A DNA stretch of 64,000 nt from Octopus vulgaris. Taxonomy: Eukaryota. This document shows positions 51,480 to 64,000 of the stretch, one piece after another (the stretch's first letter is position 1; the number at the start of each line of letters is the position of its first letter). The notes under the pieces were generated by a model. The model saw nothing but the letters and a program-made list of their open reading frames with translations. It ran no database searches and was not told the origin of the DNA. The translations under genes were made by a program, and so were the position numbers. The stretch is taken from contig OX597818.1 in NCBI GenBank assembly GCA_951406725.2, positions 7,874,001 to 7,938,000 on the forward strand, in the 5' to 3' direction.

Positions 51480-53000
51480 CGCATGCATCCCTACCCACAT
51501 ACATACACGCACACCTACTCACACACACACATACACACACACACATACCCGCACACACACACACATACATACATACACACACATACCCACTTCAGACATA
51601 CACACACACAGACATACACCCATACACCCACACTCACACGCATACACACACACACATACACACGCACACGTACACATACACACACACACACACACACATA
51701 CATACATTACACTTGTATACGCACACACTTACATTCATACACACACACACCTACACAGCAATACCCTCACTCAGACACACACATCTACCTACACACACAC
51801 AAACACACACTGACACACACCCATACATAGATACATCTACACACTCACGCCTACACACATACATACACACATACATAAACACACACACATACACATACAC
51901 ACACATACGCACACACGCATATACTTATACACATGCACACACACACACATACATACACCCATATACATACACACACACATACCTACATACTCCTATACGC
52001 ACATACATACACACAGACATACACACATACACACTCACACAAACATACACACACACATACTTACACACACACTCACCTGCACGCGCACACACATGCATGA
52101 CAAACACTCATACACTCACACTCACATACGCACACACCAACATAAACACGCACACGCACACACACACCTACACTCCCACACACATACACACGCACCTACA
52201 TACACACACGCACGCATACACACGCATACACACATACATTACACACGTACACACACACCTACATACACATGCACACACACACACACACAAACATGCACGG
52301 ACACACCCAGACATACATACATACACCTATATACACACGCCTACACACCTACATACACACACATATACACACGCCCACACAGCTACATACACACACATAC
52401 ATACACACATACACGGACACACCCATACATACTTACATACATACACCTATACACACACGCCTACACACCTACACACACACATGCACACACACACATGTAC
52501 GCACATACACACACATATACGCACACACATATATACCCACACACATGCACACACACACACACATACGCACATACATGCACGCATGCACACGCGCACACCT
52601 ACACGCATACACACACACACGCACGTACACATACATACATACACACACGCATACATACACCCATACACATACATGCATCCTACACACACATACATACACA
52701 CTCACACATACATACACACACACGCACTCACTCACACACCTGTATGTTCGCGCACACACATGCACATACACACACTTCCCCACACCCACACGTACATACA
52801 TACACACTCATACACACATACACACACACACACACACACGGACATACATCTATGCACACACATATATACACACATACTCACATACATTCATCGGACACAC
52901 TGCCACCCAGACATACACACAGACACACTCACACATCCACACGCACACATACGTACGCGCACACTCGCAGGCTCGCGCACACACGCGTTTGCGCCGGTTC
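51480..53000. repeat. 1.5-kb degenerate (CA)/(CATA)/(CACG) low-complexity tract
   Basis: Direct reading. Source of the spurious 660, 450 and 311 aa His/Thr ORFs. Confidence 0.92.
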
Positions 53001-53559
53001 GCGCACGCATGCGCCCGCATGCACCTCGCCCTTGGACCCGACGAGACCTCCCGCCCGTTCCTGGGATGTCGCTTGTCGTTGGGTTTTCCCACGCCCGTCT
53101 CCGCGGGACCACTCTTCCATCTTCCCCTCCGCTGGAGTCCTTTTCCTAAACCCCCCCTTTTTTTTCGTTACACACACGCGCACACATATACACACATTGC
53201 TTAAACATATACATCACTCTTACACACATTCAATCTACTCGCCACTAATACTACCACGACACTGGACACACACACACACTACTACTCAACACACGCTGGC
53301 ACGCTACATACGCCCCCACCCCTTCCCCTCCCTCCCTTCCTCCTTCCTCCCTTTTCTCACTACTGACCTTTGTCTGCTATGCTGCTGCTATGCTGACCAC
53401 CGTCTCGCCCTACCCCACACGCCTACACACAGACGCACACACTAACACATACATATATTTTTTGTTTTTTTACCTCGCCTCACACACACACATACACACA
53501 CGCACACGCACACACTCACACATACACACACATCTGTTGCGTTACCAACCTTGTCTCCA

Positions 53560-53829
53560 CTCTTTTGCCTTTAAAAACCCACTTTGCTCTTGTTATCGTA
53601 AACATCCGCCTTTCACCATGTGCTATTGCTAACACCAGCCGTTTTTTTCTCTATCTCCGTTGCCCGCTCCGGGATCTTTCTTTCCTCTCTCTTCCTTCTT
53701 TATGTTTCCGACGAAGAGCTCCGCTCGAAACGTCATACCTCCCTGCTTCCATTTCCTGAGCGCCTATTAATAATAATACTGTAATTGTTCCCTTGTTGTT
53801 GTTTTTTTTTTTTGTTTCCCGTTTGGATT

Positions 53830-53830
<1 letters not shown>
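53560..53830 (+). mobile_element. Penelope-like terminal-repeat fragment with minimal hammerhead-like motif (53704-53738)
   Basis: GTTT-CCGACGA-A-GAGC-tcc-GCTC-GAAAC-GTC-ATAC in a pyrimidine-rich context, followed by TTCCTGAGCG...AATAC as in the 22.1-kb copy. Confidence 0.55.
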
Positions 53831-53870
<40 letters not shown>

Positions 53871-53971
53871 AAGCGAATAAAATATGTGTATATACCTTAT
53901 ATACTTATATATACATATATATATATATGTGTGTGTGTGCATGCAGATAGACATATAGATAAATAGAGAGA

Positions 53972-54017
<46 letters not shown>

Positions 54018-55080
54018 CAGAGAGAGAGAGACAGAGAGAGACTCCTCTTTAGAAGAAAATAACAAATATCATAAAAAATATACGTTACCATATATAAAAT
54101 ATATCATAAAATACGGAATATCACCATACAAAACAAATATGTCTGCGTAATGCTACCAGGATATGTCTGTCCAAAATCAACCTAAGAAGCGTGAAACATT
54201 AGTCTATAAGAAATACCGGACATTCAGCATACGATTATATATATTTATTATGAATGTGTGTGCGTGTGCCTGTGATTGTGTGTGTGTGCATGTGAGTGTG
54301 TGGGGCATGTGTATGTGCGTGTGCATGTGAGTGTGTGTGTGTGTTTGATAGATAGAGAGAAAGAGATAGAGGTATGGTGGAAGAGAGAGTGAGGGTGAAG
54401 TGAAACGTTTGTGTGTCTTTCTGAGTACATAGGCATTTTGATAAGATATATATATGTACTCCAGATAGTAAATCATAGTCCTAGCAACGTATTATTTTCT
54501 TTTCTAGAGTTCACAACAACTATATTCATGATATATGATTTATTTGAGATTACGACATTTTGTATATGGAAAGAATATACTGAAGAAAGAAATTTGCAAA
54601 AATGAGAAGAAACAGAAAAAAATATAAAGAGAATATACATGCTTTTGCGTCATAACACATCTTCCGCTACATAAACGCTTTTATTTGACAAAGCTATCTC
54701 TAGGCAGGTTGTGTAATATAGATCGATCCCTTCGTGACCAGCACCATAAGGATATCAGGCGCGTCATGCTTCATATAAAATTGTCTCTAAGTATATGCAT
54801 CGAAAGTAGGCATATTATATATCATACTGTATACAAAACATATGCAGACGGAAGCTTTTTCACACTGTTCAACGTAGATATACACGGTAACAAGAGAGAT
54901 GCGTACTCCACAGGTTACATTCTAATTATTCATAGCAAGATTTTTTCATCGAAGAAGTCATCAGTAAATATGGGAATAAATTATATAATATATGGTACTA
55001 CTACTACTACATAAAATATACATATAGAGTTTACAATTCCGTTACATGTTGTATTAACCATACATACATACATACATACA

Positions 55081-55139
<59 letters not shown>

Positions 55140-55221
55140 ATTCACCATGTTGAATCGCTGGAATCTACAATATTTTTTCATTCTCTCTGCGTGTGGAGTT
55201 CAGCGATCCGACATGGCGAAT

Positions 55222-55280
<59 letters not shown>

Positions 55281-55653
55281 CATTCATTTAATGTAGTATA
55301 TATGTATGTTTGTGTGTGTACACACGTCCATATACATATGTCTATATTATTTGTGTGTGTGTGTACCTGTGTGTATGTACGCGTGTGTGTCTGTACGTAT
55401 ATATCAATGTAAGTGTATATGTATGAGTTTTTGTGAAAACAAATTGAATTGTAATATCTGCGACGTGTTTCATGTAGAAATGTTTGCCTTTAAAGTTATT
55501 TGTTTGAAGATCTTTTAGCTGTGAAATTACGATCATTGTTTGAACATCCTAAACTTCTCCTAAGTAAATAGAATAACTAAGAAAATTGTAACAGGCTTGC
55601 TTCAGAAGTAAAATAATGTGTCTCTCCTGATTAGCGTATAATACGTTAATAGT

Positions 55654-55701
<48 letters not shown>

Positions 55702-55745
55702 AATAATAATAGTAATAATAATAATAATAATAACAACAATAATAA

Positions 55746-56905
55746 TTGGGAGAAGTAAATATCAAAAGAGGAATGTTTCAAGAGGACAGTCTGTCGTCTC
55801 TCCTATTTATTCTCTGCATACTGCCGCTAACGAGCGTTTTAAGAAAGATGCGTGTAGAGTACATGCTAGGCAGGGTGAAAGTAAACAACCTGTGGTATAT
55901 TAATGACTTAAAGCTATTCGCCAAGACTGAGAAAGATATTGAGAGTTTGACGGCAACTGTGCAAATGATTAGCAAAGGTGGTGGCATGGAATTTGGGATC
56001 GAGAAATGTGGTGTAACGATTTTTAAAAGGGGGAAATACAGTAAAAGCCATGGGGTAAAGCTAGAAACTGGTAAAACTATAAAGGGAGTCAGAGAGGAAG
56101 TAAATAAGTACCTGGGTATCATTGAAAGAGATAAGATGAATGAACACAAGATGAATGAAATGTACAGCAAAGAATAAGTGAGGAGAACTTGGCTTGTGCG
56201 CCACTCAAAGCCCAATGACCTCTATAAGATTAGAGCAATTAACAAGTGGGCGGTTCCTTTGATGAGATAGGAATAGTATCTTGGAAGAAGCATGAATTAC
56301 AAGAGATAGACCGGAGAACATGTAAATTAAGGACAATGAGCTACGAAGATACCCCAAGAGTGATGTGTGAAAATTATAAGGAAAGAGGAAAGAAGGAGGA
56401 CGGGCATTGGTGTGTTGTGAAAGTTGTGTAAGAGAAGAGGATAATATTGCGGCTTGGTATGTCAACGGTAGTAAAGAAGAAATGATTGAATCAGTGAAAA
56501 TTCAGGGAACCTTAAAAGTGAAGGAAGCCGTAGATCCAACACAATTTAAGAAAGACCAGAGGGAGTAATGGAAAACGAACATTACAAAATATACTGGAAA
56601 TCTAACATGCAGTGCGACGAAGTCAAAGAGGCGAGACGACCAGATATTGTACTCATCCATAAAGGTAAAAAAGAAGTAAAGATAAGAGATGTTGCAATAC
56701 CAGGCGATTCGAGGGTGAAATATAAGGAAACAGAAAAGAGTGAGAAATACCAGCCTCTGCGGGATGAGATAGGAAAGTTATGGGATATGAGGAAAGTAAT
56801 GGTGATATCGTTGGTAATTGGAGATTTAAGAGCAGTTGCCAAGGGCTTTGAAAAACATATTAAGAATATTTAAGCTGCTACCAGGCTCGAGGTGATCCAG
56901 AAGGC
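55746..56905 (+). mobile_element. R4/Dong-clade LINE, 5'-truncated (RT C-terminal half plus restriction-like endonuclease)
   Basis: IKRGMFQEDSLSSLLF, NNLWYINDLKLF, GMEFGIEKC, KYLGI, RRPDIVL...DVAIPGD...EKSEKYQPL. Starts directly after an (AAC/AAT)n array. Confidence 0.9.
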
Positions 56906-57505
56906 TTACGTTACTGATAAGTATTACCTAGGTCTAATTCAATCGTATTAATCAATCGAAACATAGTTGATCGACAGAAAAAAAAACTTGAACTGTTATC
57001 TGTTAAATGTAATGAATTTCACCAAAATAATATTATCTGAAAACTACGTCATCTATTTAAGCAAGTATATGACCAGTACTACACAACCAGCACAATTGTA
57101 AATATGACCATGAAAACATTGAAATTTGATACCTTACTCTACTTTTCAGCCATTTGTAATGCAACAGGAGACATTATATTGAATATTACTTCTACAGTTT
57201 AAAATGTAGGTAGAGGTGATAACATGTAACTCCTTTCCTTATAATAATAGTAGTTTTTCCAACAGCTATTCATACTGTTCATTGCCTTTGTTTTAAAAGA
57301 ACGATTACATTTGAAGTAAAAATCACCAAATTCCGTTACGAACAGCCGTAGAAAATGAGCAAGATCTGCTGCTTAGAATGCAGGTCAGTTTCGCAGAAAA
57401 AAAAAGATTAAACATTGTTAAACGACGAGTTAAAAGAAAGAAACCGCGTCTTCCTGATAAATAAGCAATAACAACAAGAACAACAGCAACAGAAGAAATA
57501 ATAAT

Positions 57506-58183
57506 GGTTTCAAAGTTTGGCAGAAGGCCATCAATTACAGAAGAGGGCGTAAATCGATTACATGGACCCCACTACTCGATTGGCACATATTTTATTGCCT
57601 CCGAAAGGATGAAAGGCAAGTCAACCTCGGTAGAATATGAACACAGAACGTAAAGACGAGTGAAATGAGGCTGTCACTTTTGTCTCTGCGTGCTAATAAT
57701 TCTGCTAAATGGCTGTCTTAGCAATAATAATCCTTTCTACTATAGGCACAAGTGCTGAAATTTGGGGGAGACGGTAGTCGATTGCATTGACCCCAGCAAT
57801 CAACTGGCACTTAATTTATCGACCCCGAAAAGATGAAGAGCAATGACGACTTCGGCAGAATTTAAACTCAGAACGTAGCGACGGCCGAAATATGGCTAAG
57901 AATTTCGCCCGGCGAGCTAAAAATTCTGCCAGCTCGCAACATTGTCTTAGTGATAATAACAATGATAATCTTTTCTATTAAGGACACAAGGCCTGGAATT
58001 TTGTGGGAAAGGGACTAGTCGAATATAACTAACCCAGTATTTCACTGGTACTTAATTTATCGACCCCGAAAGGATGAAAGGGCAAAGTTGACAACAGCGG
58101 AATTTCAGCTAAGAACGTAAAGACGGGCGAAATGCCGCTAAGGATTTTGGACAGCATGCTACGATTCTACCACCCGCCGCCTA

Positions 58184-58184
<1 letters not shown>
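57506..58184 (-). mobile_element. three tandem SINE family A copies
   Basis: Units at about 57506-57720, 57731-57940 and 57969-58184. Each contains CCGAAA(G/A)GATGAA...GAATTT...AGAACGTA and they are separated by short AAT repeats. Confidence 0.85.
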
Positions 58185-58236
<52 letters not shown>

Positions 58237-61200
58237 TAATAATAATGATAACGGTGATGAAGAATGGTAATGCGTTCATAGATTAGCCACCAGGTCCCAA
58301 AATTTTACAAGCAATAATAACAATCAGATTAAATATATTTTGGGCTTGTGCATTGCAAAGCCTCTCTTTGATGCAGTTGACATTTTTGGTGATGTTGAAA
58401 GAAGGGTATGCATTAACACAATGTGGTCACTAATGTCCAATAGTCAGGCAGGGATGTTCACATTATTCCAGCAAGTAATATTTATATGAATTAGATTAAA
58501 GCAACCATGTGACCTCCAATGATTATCCGCGTTTAAACAGTGAAGTGGTTAGTAGGTACTCAACACCTATTCATATATTCCACTTATCTCTTTATTCTCA
58601 CTTTTCCTTTATATATAACTTATGTATAAATTATATATATATATATACATACACGCATGCAGGCTCGCACGCACATGCACAAACACATATGATGTACTTG
58701 TTTCTGTTTTATTTTAAGCTAGGAAATTTATCATTTATTTATGAAGGAACGAATTGTTATGTCCCTAGTTAATATACGATTAAAAACAGTAGCGACATCC
58801 CCCTCCTGACTTACATTATACTGAAATGGAGGACACAAGAGATAATTCAATCTAAGATAATCAGTACGAAAAAGAAAATAGAATGGCGACGGCTAGGGCA
58901 TCATCAGCAGAAGCTTGGACTCTAGTTCAACATCAATAACAACATCATTAATTCAAATGAGTATGGGTAACAGTTAGAGGAGTCAAAAAGCATTACATTT
59001 TTTTCGCATACTTGCACATTTCCTTCCCTCGCATTTTGTATTTGTCTTCTCTCGTACATATTATATACATTTGCTTATTTCATAGTTGTCTGTGTATGGT
59101 TTACTTGTTTTGTGAGGTGGTGTTCGGAGATCTTGAAATGTGAATATCAAAAATCAATCCAAACCAACCTACGTTCTCATCACTACTATCGCCACAATGT
59201 CCTGGAATGAATATATACAATCGAATATCAGCCAAGTATGACTTTACTTTTTTTCTTTTTCTAATTTTATTTGATTGTGCTATCACTTTCCTTACCATCG
59301 CGTTGAAAGGACATAAGGGAATATATAAAACCTTACATACAATCCAAAGGCATGTTTCTTAATTGAAGGACAGCAAGTCTGATAGCGATCCAGTCAGACA
59401 ATTAGAGGTTTTAATTTTTTGTGCACCCCAGTTTTTGAAGAGGGAAAAAAAAAACATTGTGGCATGTCTTTCTCTACAGCCTATGTGCTGGCGAAAACGC
59501 AGATGTCAAATTTTTTCTTTCTTTTTGAGTTTGTCTTCTCTTTTTGTATTGATTCTTTTTTTGCTTGTTCCCTCCCCGCCACAAAAAACGGCAACGGCCT
59601 TATTACGCACAAATGATTCTAAATATATTTGTACAGAAGTGTGTGTATTGATTTCATTCTTTAGATGTATGAAAGTTAAGTTTTACAAAAAGTAAAAGTA
59701 AGAACAATAAATTGATAAATGAATAAAAATAGGGAAAATTTGGGAATGGAAGGCGGGAGAAAGCGAATTAGGAAAGCGAAGGGAAAAGCTAAGAGGAAGA
59801 GAGAGAAAATAAGTTGAGTCAATAAATTGAAGTGTCCTGAGACGAGAAACATGAAAAGCACGTGACAGATTGACTGGGGCAGAAGAAAAGATAAATAAAT
59901 AAATAGATAAATAAATAATAAAATAAGTGAACAGAGAGGAAGAGGTATTTTCTAAATGAGAATCAGAGTGAACAAGTAAGCGAAAGTATCAGCATGAAAG
60001 TTAAAAAAAAATGTTTGAAACAACCGTTTGAAAAGAAAGAAATAAGAAAAGCGTTGGAGGAAAGAGAATCAACGGATTGACAGAATGGTATGATAAATAA
60101 AACGAAATAAAAAAACACTATCTAGGGAAATAGGATACCTCGCTATCTCTCTGCTCGTACAGATAAGATTTTTTCTTTTAATTCTAGAAAAAGAGTTTGT
60201 CATTCTAGATTGTCATTTGAGATTTAATAGTGCTTATCTGAAAGATTTTGTTCGTTACATGGTCTAAAAATTATCCCATGGAGGAAAGGGTAGAAGTATT
60301 TATTGTTTTGTTTACATTTTTGCTTGGCTGTCACATGCGTAAAGGTAGCAAGGGTTTCATAAATTGCTATCGCGTTAGATTTGAAGCTAAAACAGACATA
60401 AAAATAGACCGCTAAATATTTTCTTACTGGCATTGGTGATAACAATTCATCTGCAAAAGTGAACGGCCGAAATAGATAATACACAGAATTAACAATATCA
60501 ATAAAAATACAGGATTTAGGCAGATTTCTTAATTCTGCTTATCTCAATCTCATTTGTTGTCCCGCATACTGTTTATCGGATCCTTGGTCATAGTTACCGA
60601 TAAAATGTTGTATTATCCATGATGGGATTTATTTCGTCTAACTTAGCTCTGTAGAATGATGCGGCCTTGTAAGAGACTTTATGAGACATGCATAGTTTTT
60701 GATAGCATATTTCATATAAGACATAATTCTGTGATAGAAAATGGATAAGTCCCAAGTTGCTGTTTAAATGTAATTTGTTGTGGAAATGCCCATGACAAGA
60801 CAAGCCAAGCATAATGCTGCTGTGAAATAGTTTGACTAGAAATTAATCACAGGCAGACGGTTAAAGGTTAACATGCACTGATGCTTTCAATCAGTCCCCA
60901 GATAATACATGAAAGGGATACTGAAATTTGTGGGTTCCGTTTCAGTAAGTTACCAAAAATACACACACATCTTAATTCCTCTATGTCTGAAAATGCAAGA
61001 TAGAAACGCAGGATATGAAAATATATCAAGTGAATTTTGAGATAAAAAGTTATTTGGATTGAAGCTTTAATGTGCTAAAAGTTGCAGTGACATCTCCTGG
61101 TAGATTTCAAGTTAGTAGTTTGCAAGTATATATATGGCCAGTGTAGCAGGTTAGGATCACAACATCTTTTGGAAATTACCCCATTCTTTCGTAAGTATAA

Positions 61201-61689
61201 TACGTTATCTGCGTAAGAATATACAACTCTTACTACGCTTTATTTTTAAAAGTATAAAAGTACATACGTTAGTATCAAAACAATTTATCAAAATGTCTTC
61301 AAAACAAAATGTTCAAGTTTAACCATATATTTCAAAAGGCATCTTAATGTGAGCAGAAAGTATACAATAGTTCGAAATGTTAAATTTTGAAAGAAAGTTT
61401 AACAAAAGATTTGGAGGTGGAAAGAAGTAAGCTCTTCCATTACATTTGCTTTTCATATAGAAATTAAAATGTTTGGATTACGATTCTGTAAAAGCAGAAA
61501 ATCAACTAGCAAATTTAGTACTTCATCATTTACTCATACCTTTAAGCCTATACACTCATCCTAGTCTCAAGCTTTTGTTTTAAAATCTAGTATCATTTTA
61601 TACATTCGTATATTCCAGTATTCAAAAGATAGAAATCCGAAATTCCCCATACAAAATATGCAATTTTTCTGAGGGGAGAGCCATTAGAA

Positions 61690-62410
61690 AATGCGCAGAT
61701 GTGAAATTTGCTCGTCGCTTCTCCGTAATCAGACTGATTCATTTCTCGACTGTATTGTAGCTCGCGATGATAAGTGGATTCTGTACAATAAAAAGAAAAA
61801 CGTTCTTCGCACTTGTTTGACCAAAGCGAAGCACCGAAAACCTTCCCTGAACCCGAGCTCTTCAAAAAGAAGGTTATAGTGATTATTTGGTGGTCTACTA
61901 ATGGACTCACCCACTATAACTTCTTAAAATCCAAGAAAAAAGTATTACTGCAGAAACATATTGCTAAAATGAAATTGCTAAAATGAACCTAAAACTGATA
62001 CTCCTCCGTCCTAGACTGGTGAACGGAAGGGGGCCAATCATTCTTCATGACAATGCTCGACCATACTTTTTACTAATGATGCTCCAGAAGTTGAAGGTAC
62101 TGGGCTACGAAGTTCTTTCCCATCCAGTTTATTCCCCAGACATTTTTCCTACCGACTACAACTTTTTCAATCTCGTTGATGGTTTCCTGTGAGAGAAGGA
62201 GTTAAAATAGCATGATGCTGAAAGTGCGTTCAAAGAGTTCATCAGCTCCAGAATTCCAGACTTTTATGCTATAAACAAATTTGTAACTCGTTGGCAAAAA
62301 TGTGTTGAATGCAATAGTACTTACTTTGACGAATGACATTTCAGCATTGTTGAAATATATTGTAATGAATTTCCTGTTTCAAAACATTCCTTACTTTTTA
62401 CTCAGCCTGA
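61690..62410 (+). mobile_element. 5'-truncated mariner (cecropia/Hsmar1-like) with right TIR; transposase pseudogene
   Basis: RRCEICSSLLRN...DDKWILY, ILHDNARP, HPVYSPDIFPTDYNFF, RWQKCVECNSTYFDE-stop (62336). End ...CCTTACTTTTTACTCAGCCTGA followed by TA. Confidence 0.88.
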
Positions 62411-62971
62411 TATATATATATGTAAGCAAAAGTGTGCTAAGAGAAATAACTCAATGGCTCATGTGAAATATTTCAATAAAACTGACATCTAAAGAACATA
62501 CAGCATAAATGCTTCATTGAATATCATTACCTCCAACTTTAGGGGATGTATCATATGTAACAAAATATAATTACGACCAGTTCCACTTGTAAGAATCTCA
62601 GCTTTCCAAAATTTTCAGATGTTGACTCTCGTGGCACGTCAGTTGTTCGACCTAATATTTTGGCCAGTGGAATAATCCTGGACTGATTGATATTGAGCCA
62701 AAAACAAGTGATTACAATGTGGCCGCTTATCTCTAGATAACGACTCTGTTCTTTACATTAACGGCATGTCAACATCGGAGAAATTCTTGATCATTTAGAC
62801 TATCTGCCTTTCTCGAGTGGAGCTGATTTTAATTGGAATTTGCTTATTAAAATATATCCATTTAGAGGCAGAGAGGATTTAAATACATCAAGAATTTATG
62901 TTATACGGTATTTCATATATTTTTATTTGTGTGTATATATGCACACACACACACACACACGCATACACATA

Positions 62972-63031
<60 letters not shown>

Positions 63032-63386
63032 GATAAGAGTAAATAATTTCTATAAAGGCTTTTAAAAAAACCCCAATTATTTACTGGTAGAATTCGGTAT
63101 GTAAATATAGCCGATTACCGGCAGGAACTTCTGTAAAGTTCAGTATATATATTGTATATAAGAAAAAGGGACAGGCAAAACAGGTTGCTTGACCGCATAC
63201 CGAAAAAATAGAAATAGCAGTCAAGAATGCTTATTTCTATCAAAGTTGGACTCCGGGCATGACAGACCCTGTAATTCACATATGCAAAACAGAAGGAATA
63301 GATAACGAATACGAAGTCTGGCGATTATCTGTGAACATCATGTTTCTGGATTATAAACATATTGAATATATATTCCATGTGTGTTT

Positions 63387-63435
<49 letters not shown>

Positions 63436-63457
63436 TATGTGAGTGTGTGTGTGTTTG

Positions 63458-63547
<90 letters not shown>

Positions 63548-63548
<1 letters not shown>

Positions 63549-63818
63549 GTGCGTTGTGTTCTTGAGCAAAGCACTTTATTTCACGTTGCTCCAGTTCACT
63601 CAGCTGTAGAACTGAGTTGCGACGTCACAGGTGCCAAGCTGTATCGACCTTTGTCTTTCCCTTGGATAACACTGGTGGCGTGGAGAGGGGAGGCCGGTAT
63701 GCATGGGCGACTACTGGTCTTCCATAAAAACAACCTTGCCCAGACTTGTGCCTCAGAGGGTAACTCTCTAGGTGCAAACCCATGGTCACTCATGACCGAA
63801 GGGGGTCTTTACCCTTTA
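63548..63818 (+). mobile_element. headless CORE-like SINE, family D
   Basis: GTTGTGTTCTTGAGCAAAGCACTTTA...CTCCAGTTCACTCAGCTG resembles a CORE domain. GC-richer block between AT microsatellites; single copy in the window. Confidence 0.55.
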
Positions 63819-64000
63819 TATACATATGATGTATATAATATATAAATATATGCATATATACATACATATATCTAAATACCTACATATATATGTATAAATA
63901 CATGCGTATATGGGTACAAGACATCAAAAAAACGTTGAACACAGTGCGAAACGAAAACATAAAACAAAAAATATAGAAAACGAACTTTTCGAACAACGAG

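Noticed and set aside
50710-53445. Long ORFs of 367, 660, 450 and 311 aa
   Set aside because: His/Thr/Tyr/Ile-rich read-through of CA/CATA repeats, open in several frames because the repeat lacks stop codons; no domain.
60316-60386. Minus-strand candidate exon after a strong polypyrimidine acceptor
   Set aside because: Weak donor and unrecognisable peptide (FKSNAIAIYETL...).

Overview
AT-rich, microsatellite-saturated eukaryotic DNA. The SINE repertoire and very dense (AT)n/(AAT)n/(CATA)n arrays suggest an octopus (coleoid cephalopod) genome; this is inference from recalled repeat families. I found no intact host CDS, rRNA or CRISPR array. Almost all ORF-track entries are microsatellite read-through or decayed transposon fragments. 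DNA elements: a full-length but frameshifted mariner with TIRs and TA target duplication (13085-14366), a second truncated mariner, a Tc1/maT-like 3' end, three MITE/foldback elements, and a probable non-autonomous Helitron carrying a tRNA-Asp fragment. Retroelements: four R4/Dong-type LINE pieces mostly adjoining (AAT)n arrays, two L1/Tx1-type pieces, a CR1-type LINE, Penelope-like remnants, and at least four SINE families. The most interesting signal is five minimal hammerhead-ribozyme-like motifs. One lies in a TSD-bounded element that also has a tRNA-like Pol III head (49566-49908). Two form an inverted pair with a compensatory stem change (15273-15549). Also notable are tandem duplications joined at inverted-microsatellite palindromes and a perfect 24-bp palindrome centred on a CLEAR-type E-box.
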